Notes: generated by a model from the sequence alone, not told the origin. Numbered from the stretch's first letter, positions 27,144 through 41,086 are shown. The stretch is 64,000 nt of DNA from Nymphaea colorata (GCF_008831285.2 NC_045138.2:21142001-21206000); one strand, 5' to 3'. Program-made: numbers and translations.

Positions 27144-28280
27144 CTTATTCACACAGTCAAGATCCCTATGTATTCACACAGGAAGAGAAGGCTAAAAATG
27201 ATGCCCTGTGCCAAGAACATGTACAAAAGGTGCACATCAACGAACTGAAATGACTCGCTGCGTAAACTTTCTTGCTCTGTTCATCTCATTTCTGCAGAGA
27301 TCTTTACCTCAAGTAAATCTTTGTCAGAGATATGAGTTCCCTGCTTAAGCAGTCCCGCTCCTTAACAATTCTTAAACAGGATCGGTGCGAGTACCCAAGC
27401 AAACTCAGGGACAAATTATGAAGTAAAAAACCATACTATTGCACAATGTTCACCATTTTCTGCACGTTTTCGGATGAATAATAAAAAAAATGTTATTTTG
27501 ATGCAACATGAGGCTGGGTTAAACAGCTCACAGATCTGACAGATGCGATATATTTCAACTAAGCGGGGAGAGAAGATAAACAATTTTGCATAAGGAATGA
27601 ATTGAGGTGGAGTCACAACTTTAAGGTATCATGCATGCATGCCTTATAATTACAGGCAAGAATAGACTTATAATTACAGGCAGGAATAGACATTTCCTCG
27701 TCTATGAAATGCATGAGACAAATTTATAAATTACCGTTTCTCGAGGTTAAATTTGCATAGGCAGATGAAATTTCACAACTGTGTCGTATAAACAAAGGGC
27801 GAAAGGAAGAAGCACTTTTACTGGAGCAAAAAGGTCGAAAAGGATGACGCCGCCAAGGAGAGAAAAACATCAGACCCTCAAGTTTGCCAGTGTCTGCTTT
27901 CAACATATCTAATGAGAGTAAAACGTAGCAGACCTTCAAGTTTGCCATTCTCTGCTTTCATCATATCTGAATCCAATAAGCAAGTTCCAGATGAAGTAAA
28001 AGTATATAATGGAACAAGAAACATAATTCGATGATTTATGTTTCGTCTTTTTTAATTTTGCAATTGATAAATTACGAGTTTATTTGAGAACTACACCGTA
28101 AGACAAGCAATCTCAGCCATTACTCATGGACGCACTGTTTTTTGAGTTACACTTAAACATTACCATATTATTTTATCATAAGTTGTTTATGCTCAGAAAT
28201 GCTTCTGTATTGCCATAACCAACTGTCCCAAAATCAATCAAGTCGAAACCATTGGAATTTGAGCCGTTGCCTTCTTGAAC

Positions 28281-28472
28281 CAAATATAGATCACATTAAC
28301 CCAAAAGATTTTGCAAAAAAAAGAGAAAAAATATTAAAACAAGTTGCAACTGATTAGACCAATACAAATGCTGACCAAATATTAGATCACATTAACCCAA
28401 AAGATTTTGCAAAAAAAAAGAAAAAAATATATTAAAGCAAGTTGCAACTGATTGGACCAATAAAAATGCTGA
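28281..28472. repeat. Tandem duplication of ~95 bp downstream of TFIIA-gamma
   Basis: TAGATCACATTAACCCAAAAGATTTTGCAAAAAAAA...CAAGTTGCAACTGATT occurs twice. Confidence 0.88.
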
Positions 28473-28723
28473 ATGGTCCTAGGCATTCCTCGTAAGTGCG
28501 ACCTCACACGAGGACACAGCCACACACAAGCATGCATGAGCACACACCGTGTAAAAGAGAGATTTTTCAGCGTCATTTGTACAAAGCATTCTACAATGCA
28601 ATAGAAGAAAAGAAGACCTGACTGAAGCCAGGAAATTTAGATGATTATCCTTCTTTTGCCAATGGCAGTAAAGCATTTCAAGTTTGTTCCACGACCTAGA
28701 GCGGGATAACCACAAATTCATTT

Positions 28724-31700
28724 TCACTGTGTGAGCAGCTTCGAGTCGCAAGCAACTATTTTTACCCTCCCAACATTTTCTTGGGTGTCTTCGTTCTTGA
28801 ACGTTGCATCCTGTAAAATGAATGTCCAGACATTATCACAGAACCGATAGGTGTGCAAATGTCCCTGCAAGATTGAAGGCCAATCGGTTAAGAAACCATA
28901 ACAACCAAAGATGAGCAAAGCGTCACTTCCAATAAAATAGTACAGACAGCGTTTTTAACTGGACATAGATCCACAAAACTTGCATTCATTCTGTCGCTAT
29001 ATAACTGTTATAGTAAGTCTCTAAATCAGAGTGAAAACAAAACCACGCTCATAGATCATCATGAATAAAATGAATAACAATAAAACAGAGGAAAGCAATA
29101 ATAAGGATACTGAGGTAGGCAGCACCCAGGCCCCAAAGCTGTGTCCACATTTCATTCGCAAGGAGCAGCCATTATACGAGAAAAATACACTAACATATGA
29201 AAAGATAAGAGATTTAGAACTACAGTCTCTTAGGAAGGTCCTGGATCAATAACAGTGTTCGTTGACAAACTTCTGCCTACTCGCTAATAGCCAGAAGGCT
29301 ATTCAGTAAGCACCAGCTGTCAGATTTGGGAAAAGCTCAAAGCTCCACTCTGCAAAACTCAGCAAAAGATTTTTTCACCGTCTTTAAGCAGACTTACAAC
29401 TCCTGCCAACTGCACGTGTTCTCTGCCATCTATGTGTACACACTTCCAATTCCTGGATCCTCATCCCATCCTGCCATCTTAAACCTATAGCCAGCCACCA
29501 TTCCAACTCTTCCTGAACCTCTATTCCCCAGTCTAACTTTAAGGGCTGCTCTATGCACATATTTCAAACTTCGAGGCTGCAGTTATTAAGAAGTAAGAAC
29601 TGTTCATTGGTTATGTCAAATTCCATTCATCTTCCTCCATTACCACCATATTATCAAGTCATAGCAAAACTTTCAACATTAAAGGATAGCCTTCTAGTTA
29701 ATGTTCTTTGTCATCCACCATTTTGACCAGTCACCAGACTCTCGGTGGTCTCCCAGAGAGCCCAAATTTCCCACAAAAAACTGCCATATTTTCTGTGTTA
29801 TACTGCATTCGAAAAACAAATGTGTTTCATGCTCTTCGTGAGTACGCCAGAAGAAACACCAAGAAGCCAGTGAGAAGCCCAGTCTCTTCATTCTACTGTC
29901 TGTCAAAAGGCAATTTTTACAGCCTTTGTATGACACCCAGCAGGCTGTTGGTACGTATCCCCTGCCATAGCAAATTCCTCCATTTCTCTTTAGGACCCTT
30001 TGACCTCAATGCTTCCTATATGTTCTTTCTAAAGAAATCCTTCCCATTTGTACGGTACAATTCAATGACATCCTGTCTGAGTTCTTCAGAGGCTCTGACC
30101 ACAAGTTCAGAGGAGAGGTTTTCTAATGCTGTCAAAAGTATCCTTGTCTGATGAAGACATTTCCAGTATATAGCACAAAGCATTTCTATGAAACCTCATC
30201 AGGTGCAGATTTACAAACCATAGCATGGTAAACCAAATGGAAACCTTCATAACCAACTACTCCTGTAAGCAATCAAAGAAACAGATGGTGTACTTATCAT
30301 CGGACATGAAAAAATGAAAGTTACTTCTAGGCTTCTAGCCAAAAACAAACTTTGAAAATAATTGTGATGAGTGGAAGCAGTGTTATCTGTATCATACGAT
30401 ATGGATGTATCGTATAGGTCAGCAAAATCGGTATGATATGCCCACGATACATATTTTTCATGTGTATCGTAGGTGTATCAGTCGTATCTTACGATAGGGC
30501 TGCCCAGTGTAGTACGTATCGTACGATACGAGGCCATATCATTTACAAAATACGATACGATACACCTTCTGTATCGTAAATAGGGGGTGTATCGTGCCTG
30601 TATCGTACGATACTTACGATACATGCCCTTATATAGTACGATACAGTGCGATATGGGCTGAATTAAAAAAAGGGGACCCGAACCCCCCTTTTTCAAGTTT
30701 CTTTTATAAAAACTCACTCCTTCATTTCTAACCTAAAGATTGTGCTGCCTTGAAGGGAAATCATCGATTTTCACAGTAAAATTATCAATTAAACCATGGA
30801 TTTGTGAGTAGGTGGCTAATTCCCGTTGGGAGGAAGGGTTTTTTTAAATCATGAAGATGGAGATGAGGATGAGAATGAATATGAATATGATGAAGATTAT
30901 GAATGAGAGTCGAGAGTGTTTTCATTTTATATGTATTGACATTGAACATGTTCACAATTTCATTATCATCTTGTGATGTAATACATAACATTTAAAACTT
31001 GTTTTCTGATGTGTTATCTCATAGACTTATGGACCTTATGACTTATGAATCTATGGTTATGAAATTAAGATATACGTAATTCAGTGTTGTATGTATCGTA
31101 AATACGATACGATACACCCCATATCGTACAATTATGATACGGGCACCGTATCATACAATACGATTACGATACGGCATGATATGTTATGATACGGTTACGA
31201 TAGGGCAAGATACAGGTACGATACGGTAATTTTTATTCATTTTTTATTATTTTTTGAGAATTTTTTATTTTTTTTATTATTTAAAAAAAACGATACGGTT
31301 ACGATACGTTAAGATATTTTACGATCCAACGTATCTTAAAGCCAAACCGATACGGCTTACGATACGCTTTTTACAACATTGATGTAATTGTTGACTTGTG
31401 CTTTTTATATTGATATTGTCATGAATTTTGATGTTTACGAATGATGAACCGTAACTTTATAGCAATAATAAGTCAATCATTCTGTAAAACATGTTTTTTA
31501 TGAAGAACATATTATTCTTGATTTTTACTATTTTTTATGAATTTTTCGAATTTTTTTCTTATTTTTTCTGATTTAATTTAAAAAAAAAACGATACGGTTA
31601 CGACATGTTACGATATTTTACCATACAGCGTATCTTAAAGCCAGGCCGATACGGCTTATAATACACTTTTACAACATTGGGGCTGCTGTATTGTACAATA

Positions 31701-34668
31701 CAATTTTTAAGAAAGGGGTACGATTCCTTTTTGATTGATTTCTGTTTCAAAACCACCTCTTCCCCTCCATTTCTAACACTTTTAAGACCTCTGGGAATGA
31801 GACTTTTTTACTAGTTTTGGAGAGAAATTGCGAATAAATTGTCGATTTGAGGGACAGACTGCCGATTTAAAAGGACATTTTCTCATAGGAAACCCATTCG
31901 TGTTTTGAAAAAACGGGCTCTTATGTTTCTTCTTCTACAAAAGTTATACAATCTCTCAAATTAAAGTTTTAAGTATATTTCTATTGTTTTATAAAGTTGA
32001 TCATAGGCTTCCACATATTTTATGAAGTTATCTGTTTTATTTTTTTAATTTGTTGTCAACGTATTATGGCTTATGAATGAATCATGAATGTTTTAGGTGT
32101 GTGATGAATTTTATATATAGAACACATCTGTCACGATTTTTTTTAAATTTTCTCTATTTTTTATTTTTTATTTTTATGAATAAAAAACAATTTTACGATA
32201 TGTTTACAAGGCGTGACCTACACTAGCAACAAGTAATGGTAATAAATACCTCCAGAGTACATTTAGAATTGCACAAAAGAGATATACCTTTAGAAGACCT
32301 CATATAAATAAATAGAATGTGATTGTACTTAGCATACGTACATATTGGCACACTTAATCTACGTGTACATTTTCGAGTCATTAAAGTACCCTCTATACCT
32401 TCAATCACAATCAGCTGATATAAACAACCACTTGACATATTAACTTTCATTTGATCTTGTATTTATATGATAAGGAATATCAAAAAAGCACTGATTCCAC
32501 ATGAAGCTTAAAAATGACATCTAACGACCTGAGGAGAATGAGGAGAATGACCTCTTATCAGAATAATTTTCTGCAATCCATTTCTCTGCAGATTTTACCA
32601 TAGTTCCTACTATATTGTCGTGATACCCTCGAAAATTTTCACATATTACCTACTAGACTTGTTAAACTAGATTTTTTATACAAAGGTTCAGTGGGGCAGA
32701 CGACGTGAACAATCTGCATAAACTCAAATCTTCCAGAACCTACGTAACCTTGAAAATTTAAAAAGAAATACAGCATATTTTCTATTTTATATTTGTTGTA
32801 TCTAAGATATTCTAATCCCTATTTTCCCTCTTAAATCTTAATTTATACCATTTGCTCAATGCTTCATCAGCAGAAATAGATCTTTTCAACAGCTTGCCAT
32901 CCTTGACACCTAATTTCTATGATCACCTCTAAGCTTAAAGTTTTGAGTCCATTTGCCTTTTGTCTCCACAATACTGTCTTTGTGCCTATCATATTCACCT
33001 TTTGCTAACTCCAATAGTTGTATCAAACCACATCCTAATACATGCATGGAGCATTTGTTAAGTAAATGCATATTATTTCATAGAAATAAAATATGACTTT
33101 ATCATTCTCTTAAAGGATATTCATATTCCTATGTTTCAAAATGCATCCACTCATACCTTACCAGGACCTAAAAGTCCCGTTAAATAAGTTTTGTCATGCA
33201 TCACATCACAAAATAACTAATAAGTACTTATACCTACTCTACACTTCACAAAATCTATCATCTAGTAGGATATCAAAACTCGCCAAGGCTTTGCCTATCA
33301 TTTGAATCTTATTGCATTTGATAACAGTCAACATGCACTCTACATCAAGAAACTTGTCCTATAGCTTACCTACAAAAGTATTACCTTAAATTGGTCAAGC
33401 TTGATCTGTGGCATGATGTCTAACGAATGACATCATCCATGCCAAGTATCAAGAACATTTTCTCTATTCAGTTCACAAATGAATACATACTATTTTGGGA
33501 TATGCCATAGAAGTCTCCACTGGTTGCTATGTCATTTCTTTTGTCTCTTCTATAATAAGAATCTTGATTGTTCTGTCTAGAATCACAGATTTCACAAGTT
33601 AACCACATTTCCATTCCTGAGACTTGGTTGGGTAACTGGTGGTTGATGTACAATTATTGCCACTAGCAAACCAGTCGACTCTTATATCCTCTTACATTCC
33701 CTGCCTTAGCATTTGCCTTCGGTGGACAGATAATTGATATATAACAGCTCCTTATCAACTCTGGTCCCCTGATAAACCATATTCATCTCATGTGAACCAA
33801 GGAATTCATTAGTATAATTGGAATTATTGCTTCTTGGAACCACAATTCCCTGTCTAAATGTTTGACAAGATGTACAGAATGACGCATATTCCTCATTTTT
33901 TACTGATGCTTTCAGAAGGGGCCAAAAACTCATACTATAACGGGCAGAAGTAGATCTAAGCCAAGGTACATTTGCATATTCATCTACAGTTTCACAACAC
34001 TGATGTAACATGCATTTCTTTTTGGAGAAGCAATCAATTGACACGAAAGTACACCAATCTTGTGAAAAAAACGATCAAAAGATTCAAAACAGAGGGAAAG
34101 CCCTGTTGCAGAAAACGGTCGAGTGGCCAAAACGAGCATGATTCTACAACACAAAACACTGCCTAGATATTCCGTAAACCAAAAAAGTTGCAAAAGGCAT
34201 TTTCCACATAAACCGAAATCTTCTTGAGAACTTATAAAATAATTTACGCTACCAGAAAAGCTTTCTCAACACATATCATGGTCTCAAATATTTCCGTAGT
34301 TTATGTCTCGATCAAGAAGAGCTCCAAGATAAACTCAGACCTTTATGTTGACTTTGCTTTTCACTTGAGTCTCGAGAGCTTCTGTCATAGACTGCATCAG
34401 AAACCCACAAACACATGTTACCGTCCGCACTCTTGACATATTTGTATCTTGACTTGTATGAAAATAAAATGACCACACATCAAACTAAAGAAATGAAAGA
34501 CAGGTGTGACTACAAAACTAGCAGCAGAGAACAAGTTACCTTGTCGAACTGTACTAGCACTTGAATCGCAAGCTCAGGAGTAAGAGTCCCATTTGAGACC
34601 ATTTCATCGAGAGTTTCAGTCAAGCACATCCCGATGGTCGACCTTCTGTAAAGCTCAAAAGTTGCCAT
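28724..34668 (-). CDS. TFIIA-gamma: General transcription factor IIA small (gamma) subunit, 106 aa, 3 coding exons
   Basis: Exons 34668-34540 (MATFELYRRSTIGMCLTETLDEMVSNGTLTPELAIQVLVQFDK), 34391-34341 (SMTEALETQVKSKVNIK) and 28864-28724 (GHLHTYRFCDNVWTFILQDATFKNEDTQENVGRVKIVACDSKLLTQ*). Canonical splice sites; intron 2 is 5.5 kb. Val39, the rice xa5 position, is Val. Confidence 0.96.
29250..30170 (-). mobile_element. Degenerate L1-type LINE 3' fragment (zf-RVT and RNase H-like region) in TFIIA-gamma intron 2
   Basis: Translation LLTDSRMKRLGFSLASWCFF...EEHETHLFFECSITQKIWQ matches the plant L1 zf-RVT motif. Frames are broken and boundaries approximate. Confidence 0.7.
30505..31679. mobile_element. 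Middle hAT-type element of the same family
   Basis: Ends CAGTGTAGTA / TACAACATTG. TSD GGGCTGCC (30497-30504) / GGGCTGCT (31680-31687). Confidence 0.8.
31082..31381. mobile_element. Inner 300-bp hAT-type MITE of the same family
   Basis: Ends CAGTGTTGTA / TACAACATTG. TSD ACGTAATT (31074-31081) / ATGTAATT (31382-31389). Confidence 0.82.
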
Positions 34669-35283
34669 CTCCTGGGAATCGACAGAGAAACTTACTTACA
34701 TCCCAAAAGGAAAAGCAAAACAGAAAAAGCTATCTCCATCAGCTGCTAAAAATAAATCGAATCCATGGACACTGGAATCAACAACCACCAATTCCCTCCA
34801 AGGTCCTACCTCCTACATGACGGAACAAAAATCGTAGATTGACATGTACAACCAACAAGGACGAATAAAAAAAAAAGAAAGAAAGAAAGAAAAAAGAACC
34901 AAGACACAAACATCAGCTATCCAGAGACTAAGAAAAAATCCACCTACAAATTGCCGAAAAAAAAAAATCAACCGCATATGAATTAACGGAAGTTGTGAAA
35001 CAAGTCCACCTACTCGGTTGCCTAAAGCCCTAAATTTAACCAAACATAGGAAAAGGAGAAAGGAAAGGCCAGAAGTGCAGAAAGATCACTATAAAACATA
35101 TGAAACAAAGGAATCGATGATGAGGAAGCATCGCATTCATGGTTGACGGCAATTCGAAAGCCTCGAAGCGAACGCCTTTCTTGGCAACAGGAATATCGCA
35201 ATCAAACAAATCCTGCAAACCAATCACTCCTAACCAGAATAAACCAACACAATGAAGACAAAAATTTAGGGCTTCGAAAGTAC

Positions 35284-35400
35284 CAGGGAGAACTGAGACA
35301 AATCGAGATCAAACGAGAGAGAGAGGAAGAGAGGAAAGGAGAGATTCAAGATGACCTCGTATTTATAGGCCAAATTTTAAGATGTTCCGGTATTTATAGA
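35284..35400 (-). promoter_or_regulatory. Probable TFIIA-gamma core promoter and non-coding first exon
   Basis: Two CTATAAATA TATA boxes (~35360-35368 and ~35391-35399) and a CT-rich leader. Candidate donor CTG|GTAC at 35284/35283 and acceptor TTCCCAG 3 nt upstream of the ATG at 34668. Confidence 0.55.
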
Positions 35401-35713
35401 CGCGGTAGCTTCCCACGCAGTCGGTAGCGGAGGGAGCCGTCGAGCAGGGATTCTTCAATGGGTCGGATCTCATTATTCGACCCAGAAATTTTGGTGGATG
35501 GTCAGATCGAGCATTCATATGCAAATTTTTAATTGGTGACGGCACTAAAATATAAATACATGTATTATTCATGTGGGCCTCTCGGTGACCACCGATTCTG
35601 ATCTTTTCAATGAGAACTTGGAATCTACGTTGCCACTCTAAATCTAATGAACATTAAACATATTTTCTTTACATTCCACTCAAATATGGATATAAATATG
35701 AAAGAAAAAAGAG

Positions 35714-35757
<44 letters not shown>

Positions 35758-37154
35758 AGATGCCAGATGTTGTTAGATGGTTAAAAACTAATGTTAAAAA
35801 CATCATAAACCTACATTGTAAATTGTTGTTAATGCTTATGTTTTGACTACTAGTGCAGGTTCTTTAAGTTTTAGTCATCTAACAACATTCAACCCATAAA
35901 TAAATTTTCCTCAAAGAAAAACTGATTTAGAAACCGGAACTCAAGACTTGATTTTAACAATGGGAATCTTAGCACAAGTCGGGTGGAGTCAATGTCCAAA
36001 TATATACAGTATACTGCTGCCCTACAGTAAAAGCTTGAGAATCTAACCGAATATAAGATATTGGAGGCAGATCCGTATGGTTGATCCAATTAGATCAACT
36101 ACAGAAGATATGTGACACGGAATAATGCTATATATATTCAATAAAATAAATTTTTAAGTCCTAACTAGCTCATATCAAATAGTTCAGAATGTTTGTAATA
36201 TGTGGGTGTATTTTATAGCATTGGATTTGAGATCCGAAGTGATTTGAGATAACTGAAAATCTCAGATCTATGGATTTAAGGACTGATCTCCTCCCATCCG
36301 ACCTTGAATATGAGGTTTTACTATTCTCGGAAATATATGTACGAGAATCTTGTCATTCATGTTCCTCCCTTATGTTTCTACACAATTTTTTTCTCAAAGA
36401 TTCGTTATGGATCAAGTCTCAACCCTGACAATGCAGTCCAAGCTCTTTCATGGTGGTGTCTTCAAAAAGGATGAGTAGAGGTTTTCCTCTCTAGAAGTGG
36501 AAATTTGTTGTTAATGGAGATGGAGAGGGGGAAGTATGTAATGAATGACCCCATTTTTTCCCTTTAATTTTCTTCTTTTTTTTTTTTTTTTTGATTTGTT
36601 ATGCATGGAGAAAACCAACTTGTTCACTTGTGTAAAGACTCAATTTGAAGGAAATATCAGTCACTTGAAAATGGAAGGAAAACAATAGATATTCCAAAAT
36701 CCATATTCATAAAATCAACATCAAACATCATAAGAAAATGCATTATTGGAAATCAACTGTTTAGGTGGAAACGATCAGCCTTGAGATCCACAAGTAAACA
36801 TTTCTCCACCCTCAACTCATTTACTCTCTCCTATCCAAAAAGAAAATATGAAGTGAGAACTAGGAAACAGTTTCACTATATAATCTTTCTTTTGTCCAAT
36901 TTTAGCTTCAGGGAAAGTAACCCAACCAAGTCAAACAACTAAAATGATTATCACAAGCCATGCTACCTTAACAAACACATGTTCATAATGGATCAACACT
37001 TAATCACATGCTTCAGATACAACAAGCCGTTGAGCATGCAATCATGCATGAATTGTAAGCTTATTTAGTTACTCAATACTGGTTTTTGTATTCGTTATCA
37101 TGCTTACATAATTCAACAATCTAGTTTGTTTTAGTTATCATCCATGGGCGCTAA

Positions 37155-37664
37155 TGGGGTTGCACAGAGTCAAGTTGAGCTCGAGCTCAGGTCGAACTCC
37201 ACAAGACAGGCTGCTCGACTTGATGATACAACGTCGACCTCAAGTTCTACCTATGTAACTCGCTTATGCTAATTAGCTTAACCGCTCTCGTTTCTTTTAA
37301 CTCATTTAACTCGTTAAGTCATTTAATTCCTTAACTTGTTTAACGGATATCCTTTAACTAATTCAACTATGAACAACCATCTAATAGAGAATCCAAAGAA
37401 ATAATGCACATACTTTGCATGCAAATATCCCCTAACGAAAAATTCAAAAAAACAAAAAAGATCTCTGTCATAACACATCTGTGGGTTGAGCTAAGTGGAG
37501 TTTAAACGAGTTGAGTTCTTACAACTCGAACTCGACTCGTTTAACATTTTGAACACAAATTTAATCTCAAGCAGACTCCTTTATAAATGAGTCAAGATCA
37601 AGTCAAGTTTTTACAAGCGAGTTCGAGTTGAGCTCAAGTTGGCTTGACTTTTTGTGCAGCCCTA
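37155..37664. mobile_element. Degenerate MITE with TRGGG(C/T)TGCACA ends and CGAGCT/AACTCG-rich interior
   Basis: TGGGGTTGCACA ... TGTGCAGCCCTA. Degenerate 8-bp TSD GGCGCTAA / AGCACTAT. Confidence 0.65.
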
Positions 37665-38382
37665 AGCACTATGAGGGAATGAATGATGACGATACTCAAA
37701 GGCTGGGTATATTCATGTAAAGCTTCACACCTAAGAGTACTTCACATATATTTTAACATTCTCAATAACTAAATTAAAGCACAACGCAAGTACTAAAGTC
37801 GCAGATCGGTCACTATTATGTCATGGTGGGGATGGACCATACCATGGTTGATATGTCTGAACACAAATAAGTGATCAACTGAACTGCTACATATAACAAT
37901 AAATTTAGCAAAAAAAGGGTGACGAGCATTCAGATCTTCACTTCAGGCGGAAGGGCAAATTCCTTACTTCACTATGCCACAAAAGAATATGTGCCTTCCA
38001 GTTCTACTTGCCACTTAGCAATAATTGCAGATATAGGAAGGTTGAGAGTACAACATAGGAAGCCAGGCATTGCCATATAAGATAGGATCCAAAAGATAGG
38101 CTCCAAATATATACTATTTCATAGTATCCAATACTGGAGTTGAAGTTCAAGTCATCTTTGAGTATGCATTTAAGTTTGCTAGCCAAATGTTGCATATCTA
38201 ATTTTTTTCACTATAGAAAAGGCTATGTGTGCAGCCTAAATCTACCGGAACCTGACAGAGATTCAGCTGTTTTTGCCTAAAATCTCACGCTGAGGGGATA
38301 AAAGAAAATCGCTTTCACCTCAAGCTAGCAGAGGCTTTTGGATCTTTTTCCACCGCCCCGAAGAAAGACCATTGCCCCCAAC

Positions 38383-38575
38383 CAGAGGCGGAGGGAGGGG
38401 GGGCCGCCCGGGCCATGGCCCGGGTGAGCCCAGGAAAAAAAAAATTTTGACATTGAAAAATTCAAAATTTTTTAGTTTGGCCCGACCGGTCGTTTCTCGT
38501 CGCTCTTCCCCGACCCTGGCCCGGCCAGCAAATCGTCTTGGCCCGACTCTAGAAAAAATCCTGGCTCCGCCCCTG
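38383..38575. mobile_element. GC-rich hAT-type MITE (193 bp)
   Basis: TIRs CAGAGGCGGAG / CTCCGCCCCTG. Perfect 8-bp TSD CCCCCAAC at 38375-38382 and 38576-38583. Confidence 0.88.
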
Positions 38576-40236
38576 CCCCCAACCCCTTTCATCCCCAGGG
38601 ATACAGAGCTTGCTTCGAAACCTTTTTGAGGTCCAGAAAGGAAGCACACATAGATGGGGCGACGATTGACGACTGCAGTTTTCGAACTTTGACCCCCTTT
38701 TTCGAACTTTGACCCCCTTTTGTGTAGTCTCACCTTGCCATCCAGTGCATTACCCCACAAGTGATAACTTTACACTTACAAAAGCACAAACTGAAATTAC
38801 ATTCGAAGGGTCCGACACTCTTTAAATAGCTTGACTTTCAGTTACAAGGTGGGACACCGTGGTGCCTAGTGTCGTACACCTAATTTTTCTTTGCTAGAAG
38901 AGGCTACATGCATGCATTATAAATTGTCAAATTGTATAACCCCTCCTAGTGAGCACCACATTATTTCATTCATTCACATTTGTCACATATAAATAACTAG
39001 AGGCACGCTTATATTCTTAAACAGTCACAACCAACATCATGTATTTATTTTCCAGTGATCAACATAGAGTCGTGTTTCATTTTATGCTATGGTATTATCA
39101 TTCACATATCTATTGATCCTTCCGAAGAAAGTAGCTAAAATTTTTTTGGAGTCGCTTTTTTACCTCGATATGAGATCCGATGCAATTTGAGATTATTAGG
39201 CATTTCAGATCAGATGGTTTTAGGTCAGGCCCTTTGCCATACAACCACAAATATGAGGTTAGGCTATCAAACATACCTTTGATTTACCATAAGCTTAACA
39301 ATGCCACAATGTTCATACTATCACATCTAAAATCGATCATATCATACCGATTATTCACTTCTCGCACCTGTTTCTAATCCAGCCACTCACAAATCTGAAT
39401 CTATATAACATAGGAATCCAAATGATATAGACAAAAAATAATAACATCAAAATTTTGGCCTTGATAACTAAAATTTTAATAAAAGTTTAGAAACCAAGGT
39501 ATCCAAACCTATTGCAGGCAACCCACCCAAGAAAATAACCATCTGAAACTAGTTGTGCAGCGGACGAATGGACCTCAAAGGACCCGGAGGTCTGGATTTG
39601 CTAGACACATCAAGGAACCTGTCCCCAACGAGGGGGCTTAGGACAGGCTCAAGTGCAGGGGAGAGTATGAAGAAAGGACGGAGGTGGCGCAAATTCAGTC
39701 CTTCTCAGCATAGCTAAATACATGTCCACCATGGATAACTTAATCCATGTAGTGGAAGCAGGGCAAGAAGAATGAGAATTTCAACAGGTGTAAATTAGTA
39801 AAATACTACTTTTGCAACACATGACAACAATGCGCATGCAGAAATAACAGCTTCCCAACAGAATGAAATCGATTAATTACGATGAAGAGAGATCCCCACG
39901 ATTCTTTATTCATGTAATATCTGATCCCACAAAGAAATGTGATGTGATTCAATTGCACGTTGCTATTGTATACACCAATTACTGCCTTCCACCAAACTGC
40001 ATAGAATGCCAGCAGTGTACTAACAACTAATTACAGGATTGCGCAGCAACTATCAGATAATGTAAACCCATACCTTACGGGTAAAGAAAGATGAGCTCAG
40101 CTCGGTATATATAAACAGCAGATGAAACGCCAAGAAAAAGTAGCCCAAAAACTTCTGGAGGTCTAATTTTGCTCAAGTCCAAGTGAAATGCAGACACCGA
40201 CCAAAAAATTGAGTGGGATGCAAACCCTAATGACCT

Positions 40237-40435
40237 TTAGCTACACTTTACTTGTTTAGCATTCGTTTCTCGAAGCCAGTCAGCACAGTCAACAAAAGTA
40301 CCAGAAGGATGGGCAAGTTGCCATTTTAGTAGTTTTTTTTTGCCGCAGATTAGAAAGCTATGTTAGTATTATACAAGCTATGACCTTTACATATTATGGA
40401 AAGTTGATTCATTACCCATTCTCCAATCTGAGGAC
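40237..40435 (-). pseudogene. Degenerate tandem copy of the last intron and last exon of the CCA-enzyme gene
   Basis: Copy of 40438-40635 encoding LLKWQLAHPSGTFVDCADWLRETNAKQVKCS*. The acceptor CAG is mutated to CGG, and the A-run is 1 nt longer (frameshift). Confidence 0.85.
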
Positions 40436-40437
40436 TC

Positions 40438-41027
40438 TCAGCTACATTTTAGTCGTTTAGCATTCGATTCTCGAAGCCAGTCAGCACACTCATCAAAAGT
40501 ACCACAAGGATGGGCAAGCTGCCATTTCAGTAGCTTTTTTTGCTGCAGATTAGAAAGCTACGTTAGTATTATAGAAGCTATGACCTTAACATATTATGAA
40601 AAGTCAACTCATTACCCATTCTCCAATCTGAGGACCACCATGTTTAAGTCCTAGAATGCTCATGACAGCTTTTCCATCTAGAAGCCTTTTCATCTTCCAT
40701 ACATTTTCCAAATCTGCAATAAATAAGAAACAACTCCTGATTTAAGTCCTCCAATGACAATATATCAATAAAAAATGCTGGAATGATAGAAATCATTTGG
40801 TTGTCTTATTGACATTAGGGTGCAAATGAACTGGATCTGGCAGGCATTCAACTTTTTCTGTACTAAATCCAAACTCCCCATGTATCTCGTTTGTCCAACT
40901 ATAATCTTTTGAACTCTTAGTTGGTAGTTATTAAACTGCATTAAGAGTAGGGCTTTGCAATTTTTATTGAATCAATATGAATATGTGTTGAATCCAATCA
41001 GTTCGAACCACTAGTCCATTGCCTTGC

Positions 41028-41086
<59 letters not shown>

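Larger units (their letters stand above)
30378..32210. mobile_element. Outer, right-truncated hAT-type non-autonomous element (GTATCG/CGATAC-repeat family)
   Basis: Left end CAGTGTTATCTGTATC followed by GTATCG/CGATAC subterminal repeats. Resumes after 31687; no right TIR found. Confidence 0.55.

Noticed and set aside
30390..31660. Regularly recurring GTATCG/CGATAC motifs as a CRISPR-like array
   Set aside because: Eukaryotic context, short irregular motifs, and bounded by TIRs and 8-bp TSDs: these are hAT subterminal repeats.
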